DNA of 47,436 nt from contig JAGWDQ010000084.1 of NCBI GenBank assembly GCA_018260615.1, positions 1 to 47,436 of the forward strand. Direction: 5' to 3'. A model generated the notes under the pieces. The model was not told the DNA's origin. It ran no database searches and worked only from the letters and a program-made list of their open reading frames with translations. This stretch comes from Candidatus Altarchaeum sp. GTDB taxonomy: Archaea; Altiarchaeota; Altiarchaeia; Altiarchaeales; Altiarchaeaceae. The translations under genes and the position numbers were made by a program. Shown here piece by piece: positions 1-7,096 of this stretch; within the stretch, counting starts at the first letter, position 1; the number at the start of each line of letters is the position of its first letter.

Positions 1-1
1 A

Positions 2-280
2 GCACATAATAATTTAGGAGTTTTATTGCAAAATTTAAAACGCTATGAAGAAGCAGAGAAAGAATACAGAGAAGCAATACGGATAAATCCAAATTATGCC
101 GATGCACATTATAATTTAGCATGTTTGTATTCTGTTAAAAATGACTTGAAAAAAGCAATTGATTGGCTGAAAAAAGCAATTGAAATTGATGAAAAATATA
201 AAGAAATGGCAAAAGAAGATAAGGACTTTGAGAATATTAAAGATGGAAAGGACTTTAAAGATGCAATTGGACGGGTGTAA
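2..280 (+). CDS. TPR-repeat protein, C-terminal part (5' end outside window)
   Basis: Frame is open from base 2 (AHNNLGVLLQNLKRYEEAEKEYREAIRINPNYADAHYNLACLYS...), typical TPR helical pattern. Confidence 0.8.
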   Translation, partial: AHNNLGVLLQNLKRYEEAEKEYREAIRINPNYADAHYNLACLYSVKNDLKKAIDWLKKAIEIDEKYKEMAKEDKDFENIKDGKDFKDAIGRV

Positions 281-347
281 AAATTTAAATCAGTAATATT
301 TATCCAATAAAATTTTGGAAGAATTGAAAAATTTAAAATAAAACAAC

Positions 348-379
348 AATGTTGTATAACAAAAATGTTGTATAACAAA
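348..379. repeat. Tandem 16-bp repeat AATGTTGTATAACAAA x2 with a near-palindromic core, possible operator
   Basis: Copies at 348-363 and 364-379; core TGTTGTATAACA is an imperfect palindrome; lies upstream of the mazEF pair. Confidence 0.4.
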
Positions 380-614
380 ATTGTTATGAAAATGGTATTT
401 ATCTAGCTAATTGGATTTTTACTTTGTCATATTTGATTTTGTTGTTATTTTTATTGTTATTTTTATTGTTATTTTTAAATTTATTTAAAAATCTCCGAAT
501 GAAATGGGGTGGTTTTTTCACACTTAATTTTTTAAGCGGATAAACAAATCCGTTGTTTTTATTATTAATAATTAAAACGCGTCATAATTAAATTACATCA
601 GATATAATTAAAAA

Positions 615-863
615 ATGGATGTGGTTGTGATTCCGATAGGCAATTTGGGATGGGTGAGAATACCCGAAACGGTATTAGAGCAATGCCGCATTGAACAAGA
701 GGTCATCTTAAATGTTAAAGACGACAAGGTTGTTATTAAGCCAATAAGAAACGAACCGAGAAAGGGTTGGAAAGAATCCTTTAAAAAAATGGCAGAAAAC
801 AAAGACGACAAATTGATTATTGATGATGTGATTGATTCGTATCTTGAAGAATGGGAATGGTAA
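615..863 (+). CDS. mazE: AbrB/MazE-family antitoxin
   Basis: IGNLGWVRIP...L.V.DDKVVIKP swapped-hairpin pattern, acidic W-rich C-terminus, directly upstream of MazF. Confidence 0.8.
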   Translation: MDVVVIPIGNLGWVRIPETVLEQCRIEQEVILNVKDDKVVIKPIRNEPRKGWKESFKKMAENKDDKLIIDDVIDSYLEEWEW

Positions 864-867
864 CAAA

Positions 868-1200
868 ATGGATACAAAAATAATAAACCAATACGACATT
901 TTCCTCATTTCCCTTGATCCCACAATTGGTCATGAGATAAAAAAGGTGCGACCATGTGTTGTTATCTCCCCTAATGAGATGAATGAATATATCTCAACGG
1001 TTATCATTGCGCCTATGACTACAAAAACACATTCCTACCCGATTCGTGTTCCCGTTGAATTCAATGGAAAAAGAGGTGAGATAGTGTTAGATCAAATTCG
1101 CACTGTTGACAAAAGAAGATTGATTAAGAAAATTGGAAAAGTAGATGAAAACACAATAAATAATATAAAGTCGGTTATAAAAGAGATGTTGGTTGACTGA
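868..1200 (+). CDS. mazF: MazF/PemK-family endoribonuclease toxin (start probably ATG 868 rather than 832)
   Basis: LDPTIGHEIKKVRPCVVISPNEMN...IIAPMTT...LDQIRTVDKRRL signature. Confidence 0.9.
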   Translation: MDTKIINQYDIFLISLDPTIGHEIKKVRPCVVISPNEMNEYISTVIIAPMTTKTHSYPIRVPVEFNGKRGEIVLDQIRTVDKRRLIKKIGKVDENTINNIKSVIKEMLVD

Positions 1201-1249
1201 ATAAGGGTTAAATTTTTTGATAAATTTTGACATTTAATAAATTTTTAGG

Positions 1250-1909
1250 ATGGAAATAATCTTCGTTCCGTGTTATTATACTAAGGAAATTTCAGGGGAA
1301 TTGCTGAATGAATTGTTAAAGTATGTAGAAGGTGTTGGAAAAACAGGAATAACTTATGTCATTCAGCACGAAAAAAACGCTCATCAGTTAAAAAAATTTC
1401 TTGAAGAAAATAAAAAGCATGCAATCATTTGCGGAAAAATTTTGGGCTGCGATATTTCAAATGCAAAGAACCATGAGGCGGAAGTTGAAAAATTTATATA
1501 TGTCGGCTCGGGAAAATTTCATCCTTATAATTTGAAGGCACGGATTGGGAAAGATGTATTGATTTTGGATCCGATTTCGCAAACGATAACAAAAATTTCA
1601 GATGATGAAATAAAGTTGATGGAAAGAAAAAGATATGCGCGAATAGCAAAGGCATCCCTCGCAAGGACTTATGGAATTCTCGTTTCTCTGAGAACATACC
1701 AAATGAACATAGAGAAGGCATTTCAGCTGAAGGAAAAAATAGAATCCGCGGGAAGGAAGGCATTTATATTTGTCGGAAATGATATAAACGATTCAAATTT
1801 ATTGGGTTTTGAAGTTGATGCATTCGTAAATACTGCCTGTCCGAGAATTAACGAAGATGAATTTTCAAAGGTAATAATAAATGCGGATGAGGTTGAATAT
1901 ATTTTGTAA
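1250..1909 (+). CDS. dph2: Diphthamide biosynthesis protein Dph2-like (short form)
   Basis: GKILGCD, YVGSGKFHP, DAFVNTACPRI motifs. Confidence 0.8.
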   Translation: MEIIFVPCYYTKEISGELLNELLKYVEGVGKTGITYVIQHEKNAHQLKKFLEENKKHAIICGKILGCDISNAKNHEAEVEKFIYVGSGKFHPYNLKARIGKDVLILDPISQTITKISDDEIKLMERKRYARIAKASLARTYGILVSLRTYQMNIEKAFQLKEKIESAGRKAFIFVGNDINDSNLLGFEVDAFVNTACPRINEDEFSKVIINADEVEYIL

Positions 1910-2175
1910 CAATAAAATACAACAATAAAAGAAAAATTTTAAATGAAAATTTTAAACAAATGGGTAATTCTTAATAAATTTTTCTGAAGTTTTGCGTTTT
2001 TACTTTTTTGATAAATTTATATTTATAAAAGTAATTTTTTAAGAAATCGGCAAATAAATTTTCCTATGTCTGAAATCCAAAAAATATGCATAGTTATACA
2101 TTTAGTCACAATAATTTAACAATCTTGAAAATTTTGCCATACAATGTAAAAAATATTTGAGATACAACCAATATA

Positions 2176-2541
2176 ATGAAACGGGAAACCAAAATTTGGC
2201 GGGACAAAGCAAACAGGGACTTTGAAGTGGCGAAAAAACTTTTTGATGGAGGAGATTATACATATTGCTCTTTTTGGTGCCAACAGGCAGCTGAGAAAGC
2301 ACTTAAAGCCCTGCTTTTAGAAAAAACAGGTATTTTGATACCTACCCACGATCTCGTATTGTTATCAAAAAAACTGGGTGCCCCTTATAGCATCATCTAT
2401 CTTTGTAAAGAACTATCTCCTGTTTACATGGAAAGCAGATATCCCGATGTGGAAGAGTTTAGAGAATACACAAAAGAAGAAAGTGAAACAGATTTAAAAA
2501 ATTCAAATGAAATTTTACAATGGGTCGAAAAAAACATATAA
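2176..2541 (+). CDS. HEPN-domain protein (HEPN-MNT toxin)
   Basis: A..LFDGGDY..CSFWCQQAAEKALKA, THDL, Y.ESRYPD pattern; overlaps MNT gene. Confidence 0.85.
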   Translation: MKRETKIWRDKANRDFEVAKKLFDGGDYTYCSFWCQQAAEKALKALLLEKTGILIPTHDLVLLSKKLGAPYSIIYLCKELSPVYMESRYPDVEEFREYTKEESETDLKNSNEILQWVEKNI

Positions 2542-2837
2542 TTGAAGTTTTGGAAGACTTTAAGAAGGAAACATCAAAAAAAATACCTATCTCAAAAATC
2601 ATTTTTTTCGGAAGTAGAGTGACTGGAAAACCGCGTGAATACAGCGATATTGATATGATTGTGGTTTCCCGGAAATTTAAAGGTATGAAATTTAGGGAGC
2701 GTGTTACTCAAATGTATGACTACTGGAATCTATATTATCCCGTAGATTTCCTCTGCTACACACCAGAGGAGTTCGAAAAGAAAAAGACGATGGGTGGGAT
2801 AGTTCGTGAGGCGGTTGTGAATGGCATTGAGATTTGA
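2520..2837 (+). CDS. Minimal nucleotidyltransferase (MNT antitoxin)
   Basis: FFGSRVTG...SDIDMIVVS Pol-beta-like motif, VDFLCYTPEEF. Confidence 0.85.
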   Translation: MGRKKHIIEVLEDFKKETSKKIPISKIIFFGSRVTGKPREYSDIDMIVVSRKFKGMKFRERVTQMYDYWNLYYPVDFLCYTPEEFEKKKTMGGIVREAVVNGIEI

Positions 2838-2910
2838 GGAAAAAATTTTAAACAAAATTTTAAACAAAATTTTAACAAAAGCGTAATTCTTAATAAATTT
2901 TAATCTTTAT

Positions 2911-3008
2911 GGGTTTGTGGTCTAGCGGTTATAACCTCACTCCGTTCGGATATTTAAAATTTCTCACAGAAATTTTAAATGATGTCTGCCTCACACGCAG
3001 AAGGTCCC
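2911..3008 (+). pseudogene. Interrupted tRNA-Val(CAC) copy
   Basis: 2911-2930 matches tRNA 3100-3119 at 17/20; 2979-3008 is identical to 3121-3150; separated by a 48-bp hairpin repeat unit; no T arm follows. Confidence 0.7.
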
Positions 3009-3099
3009 TGCAGCCGCCTTTTCTTAAAAAGAAAATGCGGGCGAAAAGAAAAATTTTAAAACAAAACCATAATTTATAACACTAAATTTAACATCTAAT

Positions 3100-3173
3100 G
3101 GGCTTGTAGTCTAGTGGTTTATGATGTCTGCCTCACACGCAGAAGGTCCCCAGTCCGAATCTGGGCAAGCCCA
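3100..3173 (+). tRNA. tRNA-Val (anticodon CAC)
   Basis: Acceptor GGGCTTG/CAAGCCC, anticodon arm TCTGC-CTCACAC-GCAGA, T arm CCCAG-TCCGAAT-CTGGG, discriminator A, no encoded CCA. Confidence 0.92.
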
Positions 3174-3183
3174 TATTATAAAA

Positions 3184-3588
3184 ATGAAATTACCTCCGGG
3201 AATAAGGGAAAGAAAAAGATATGTAATTTTCAAAGTTGTTTCAGAAAACGACAGGCGATTTTCAAAGGAAGAAATTTTACGAGGTTGCTTATATGCAGTT
3301 CATTCATTTTTGGGCGATAATAGAATGGGTGACGCAAATATTTATCTTATTGACTGGAATGAAAATTTAGGCATTGGAATTTTAAAGACGACACACAAAA
3401 CGAAAGACGATGTTATTGTTGCATTATCTTTACTTTCCGCAATAAACGAAACAAAAATTTCAATTATTCCGCTAAACACAACCGGAACTATAAAAAAAGC
3501 AAAAGAAATTATTATGTCTTTAAAATCAGTTGAAAAGACATTATGGAACAAAACAGAAGACAAAAATAAAACAGAAGATAAAATTTAA
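3184..3588 (+). CDS. rnp2: Ribonuclease P protein component 2 (Pop5/Rpp14); true start at ATG 3184, downstream of the tRNA
   Basis: LPP.IRERKRYVIFKV...GILK...SGT-like 'NTTGTIKKA' Pop5 pattern. Confidence 0.85.
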   Translation: MKLPPGIRERKRYVIFKVVSENDRRFSKEEILRGCLYAVHSFLGDNRMGDANIYLIDWNENLGIGILKTTHKTKDDVIVALSLLSAINETKISIIPLNTTGTIKKAKEIIMSLKSVEKTLWNKTEDKNKTEDKI

Positions 3589-3592
3589 AAAA

Positions 3593-4714
3593 ATGCCACA
3601 GAAACCAAAGTCAAAATTTAACATGTCTAAAAAAACAATTTTTAGAAGAATCGGAGAAGAAGAAACGAACTATGCAACCCATCATTTATACAGGTATCCG
3701 GGACAATTTGTTCCCCAAATTCCGGGATTTTTAATTGAGAAATTTTCAAAAAAGTACGATGTTGTTTTAGACCCTTTTTGCGGCAGCGGAACAACCCTGG
3801 TTGAGGCAAATTTACTGCATCGTAACTCTTACGGAACAGATGTCCATCCGATTGCGAGATTAGTTACGAAGGTCAAAACCAGAAAAATAAGTATGAGCAA
3901 TGATGAATTAATAACAATAACCAATATAAATCCGGATTTTGACGATTTTGATGAAATTGCAGAGGAATGCAAAAAATTTGAATATAGTTACCTTTTTAAC
4001 AGGGAAAATTTAATGCCGCTCTTAAAGCTCCGAAAAGAAATTTATGAAAATTATACGGATGATATAAGAAATTTTTTACTTGTCTGCCTGCTTTCTATTG
4101 TAAAGTCCTGTGCAAATATTGACGAGCATAAAGTAAGAATAGTAAGAGAGAAAAAAGATGCAATAAATGTGTTTGAAATTTTTAAGCAAACTGTCCGTGT
4201 AAATTTAAAAAAACTTGCATCTCTTAATACGGATGTGTTTGCGGAAGTGCTTAACTGCAACGCAAAGAAAATTTCCCTTGACAATAATACAGTTGATTTG
4301 GTTGTTACATCCCCTCCTTATTTAAATGCGTTAAACTATATAAAAATCCACCACATAGAAATGGCGTTGCTCAACGAGAGAGCCGATGAAAAAAATTATA
4401 TAGGAGTTGATAAGGTAACTGACGGAACCGGAAGCAGCAGCGATGCAGGTAAAAAGTTAATGGCGATAGAAATTTATTTTAAGGACATGGAAAATGCAAT
4501 TTCGGAAATTTCCAGAGTTCTGAAAAGCAGCGGAGTATGTGGTATGATTGTAGATAAAGACAGGAAAATAAAAAATGTAAGGTTTAAATTTGCCAGTGAA
4601 TTAATTGAGAGGGCAAAAAATTATAACATGGTGTTAGAGGATAAATTTTACAGATACGCAACGAAGGAAAATAAAAGCGAAGGTGAAAGAATACTGGTGT
4701 TTAGGAAAATTTAA
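3593..4714 (+). CDS. N4-C/N6-A DNA methyltransferase, apparently orphan (start probably ATG 3593)
   Basis: HHLYRYPGQF, motif I LDPFCGSGTT preceding catalytic VVTSPPY; no endonuclease-like neighbour. Confidence 0.8.
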   Translation: MPQKPKSKFNMSKKTIFRRIGEEETNYATHHLYRYPGQFVPQIPGFLIEKFSKKYDVVLDPFCGSGTTLVEANLLHRNSYGTDVHPIARLVTKVKTRKISMSNDELITITNINPDFDDFDEIAEECKKFEYSYLFNRENLMPLLKLRKEIYENYTDDIRNFLLVCLLSIVKSCANIDEHKVRIVREKKDAINVFEIFKQTVRVNLKKLASLNTDVFAEVLNCNAKKISLDNNTVDLVVTSPPYLNALNYIKIHHIEMALLNERADEKNYIGVDKVTDGTGSSSDAGKKLMAIEIYFKDMENAISEISRVLKSSGVCGMIVDKDRKIKNVRFKFASELIERAKNYNMVLEDKFYRYATKENKSEGERILVFRKI

Positions 4715-4723
4715 TTTTTTGAG

Positions 4724-4864
4724 CGTACAGGAAAGTTCGTTTTATTGTTCTCTCACACCAAGACACGGAGACACAAAGGAGAAATATACTGAAAACTACA
4801 AGTTTTCAATCTTTAAAAATCTGCTGATTTTTAAATACTCTGTGACTTTGTGGCTTTGTGTGAG
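4724..4864. mobile_element. MITE-like element with 9-bp periodic imperfect inverted ends (CTCACAC...GTGTGAG)
   Basis: 4724-4753 is identical to 47194-47223; CACCAAGACAC.GAGACACAAAG and its inverted counterpart recur at 47274-47434. Confidence 0.6.
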
Positions 4865-4985
4865 CATTTTTTAATTTTTATAAATTTATGAAATTTCAAC
4901 TTCACTTTCGTAAATTTTCTCATACTTTTTCTCATGCCGATACACTGAAAGAGCTGCCGATACACTGAACCGTTTTAAATTTTTT

Positions 4986-6953
4986 TTAAAATTTTATTTC
5001 ATTAACTCTTTCCCAGTCGTTTTCATTCAAAACAACGATTTTATCATCGCCAATTATATACAAATAATCATTTATGTAGATTGCCCTTCTGGCAGAAATT
5101 TCGCTGACCGCTTTTATCAGTTTCAATTTATCATCTTTATACGAAAAAACATACCCTCCTTTACTGCCCGGCAGGAAAAATATTTCGTGCTTCGTGTCTA
5201 ACAAAAATGCGTGATGCGTGTTTAGAATATCTGACCACGACTCGTCCAAAAGGTATTTATCTGATTCTTTCGGATTTTTCACATCCGAAACATCAAACAG
5301 GGAAATTTTTACCTGCCAGTTTTCTTTTCCGATGCCTAAAATTTTGTCTTTTGTGAGGGGATGCAGATAAGATGAATATCCGGGAATCTTCAGCTCGCCC
5401 TTTAATTCCGGTTTTTGCGGATCGGATAAGTCCAGAACATAGAAAGGATCTATCTGGCGGAATGTAACTAAATAACCCTTATCTCCGATAAACCTTGCCG
5501 AATAAATTTTCTCTGTTTTGCCCAAATCCTTTACAGCACCCAAAATTTTCAAATTTTTATCCAGAACATAAACATCATTTGCCGATTCGCTCCTGCCAAA
5601 TCCGAAACTGCCACCTCCGAAACGCTCACCGACAGTTGTGGCAATTCTTAAATTTCCCTGATATTCGTCCAAAGCAAACTGGTTTAACGGAAACCCGGGA
5701 ACACTACCTGTTGCTGTTACTTCAAATTTTTCCAGTCCGATCTTTACGAGCCCGCTCTTTTCCAGTTCTCTTTTTTCCTTCCCGTAATAGTCAGACATTC
5801 TGTTGTTCATTTCGTTTCCAATCTTTAGTTGTTCGTCATTTGTCAATGTCTTACTATATTTTTCAAAAATGGTTTGCAGTTCCATCAGTTTGGCCTGGTC
5901 GCTGATGTCATAACTTTCTAACTTTTTGAGCTTTTCCAAAATTTCTTTTGGAAATAAGTCAGAACATTCTTCCCTGAAAAATTTGGACGCAAACTTAAAC
6001 ACGCTCTCCTGATAATAATAAGTAACATATATCGCGTTTTCTGACATATACACAATTGATTGACTGTATGAGCCAACAAATGAAATTTTGTTTTCAACTT
6101 CACCCGAAACCGGATTCAATATTATCGCTGAAAAGGTAACATCTGTCTGAACAGGTGAAACGGGGTGATAAATTTCTTTACATTCAATAACTAACGGATT
6201 TTCTCCAATCGTTAATGGCATTATCGGGCAGGGGTTGTATTCATTAATATAATTTCTTAAAACCAGATAAATTTTGCCATTGTAAAGCCGGGAAGTGACG
6301 ATTGATGTGTCATTTAATTTTATATCCCACTTTTTTACTGGGGACTTGGGATTAGAAACATCATAGCCCCCAATATTTTGGCTTGAAAAAATTACTAAAA
6401 CATCCTTTGTCAGAAGCAAGTTACCTGTGTTGTTGATTTCACCGTCAAGCGATAAATCAGCGGGAGGGAAGGCGTTGATGATGTTTGTTTTTGGTTCTTC
6501 GTAATAAGACGGAGATATTTTTTCTTCCATCATTAGCTCTCTTTTCAGATATGTCCATTTTCTTTCGGGGGAAAAATAAATTTTCTTGCCGTCTGTTTTG
6601 ACAATATCCGGTTCATCAATACCCTCCACCTGGACATTGGTTTCTGAAACCCTTTCAAAATAAGTGCCATCGCCAGTTGGTGCGCCAATTTTTTGGGTAC
6701 CGCCTTCAGCAAAAGCAAGGTCAGATGTCTGTGCAGTCATCATTGTATTAGATCGCAATCCGTAAGAATAATATCCCTGTGCCGTCTTTGTTTCTTCCAG
6801 ATAACTTTTAAAGTCCTCTGCGGAGGAAAATTTTTCAATTGCAGAAATTTGTGTTGTATTCTCTTTTGGTTTTTCTTCAATACATCCGCTAATCAAAACA
6901 ATTCCGATTACTACTAATGCCAAAATTCCTACCACTATATTTTTTGTATCCAT
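4986..6953 (-). CDS. Secreted/lipoprotein beta-propeller domain protein (COG4880-like)
   Basis: Signal with ISGC lipobox-like end; SETNVQVEGIDEPDIVKTDG; LNQFALDEY..LRIATT; YLVTFRQIDPFYVLDLSDP..P...GELKIPGYSSYLHP. Confidence 0.85.
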   Translation of the reverse strand: MDTKNIVVGILALVVIGIVLISGCIEEKPKENTTQISAIEKFSSAEDFKSYLEETKTAQGYYSYGLRSNTMMTAQTSDLAFAEGGTQKIGAPTGDGTYFERVSETNVQVEGIDEPDIVKTDGKKIYFSPERKWTYLKRELMMEEKISPSYYEEPKTNIINAFPPADLSLDGEINNTGNLLLTKDVLVIFSSQNIGGYDVSNPKSPVKKWDIKLNDTSIVTSRLYNGKIYLVLRNYINEYNPCPIMPLTIGENPLVIECKEIYHPVSPVQTDVTFSAIILNPVSGEVENKISFVGSYSQSIVYMSENAIYVTYYYQESVFKFASKFFREECSDLFPKEILEKLKKLESYDISDQAKLMELQTIFEKYSKTLTNDEQLKIGNEMNNRMSDYYGKEKRELEKSGLVKIGLEKFEVTATGSVPGFPLNQFALDEYQGNLRIATTVGERFGGGSFGFGRSESANDVYVLDKNLKILGAVKDLGKTEKIYSARFIGDKGYLVTFRQIDPFYVLDLSDPQKPELKGELKIPGYSSYLHPLTKDKILGIGKENWQVKISLFDVSDVKNPKESDKYLLDESWSDILNTHHAFLLDTKHEIFFLPGSKGGYVFSYKDDKLKLIKAVSEISARRAIYINDYLYIIGDDKIVVLNENDWERVNEIKF

Positions 6954-7096
6954 TTTAAAATTTTATTTTAATTTTTATTTTATAAATTTATTTTGCATTT
7001 ACTTTTATTTTTAAATTTCCGCTTTTTGCATTTACTTTTTTTGTTCCCTTTGTTTTTGTTGTGGTTTTCATATTCATTTTTATTATTTTATCACAA

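Noticed and set aside
440-478. Short AT-rich tandem repeats (also 2845-2878) and a 15-bp direct repeat at 4935/4955
   Set aside because: Compatible with slippage in low-complexity spacers; no supporting context.
3121-3183. N-terminal extension of Rnp2 and ORF 3114-3320
   Set aside because: They overlap the tRNA-Val gene; Pop5 similarity starts at ATG 3184.
4683-4874. 63-aa ORF, and similar ORFs at 46784-47038 and 47137-47388
   Set aside because: They lie within MITE/hairpin repeats and have no protein-like features.
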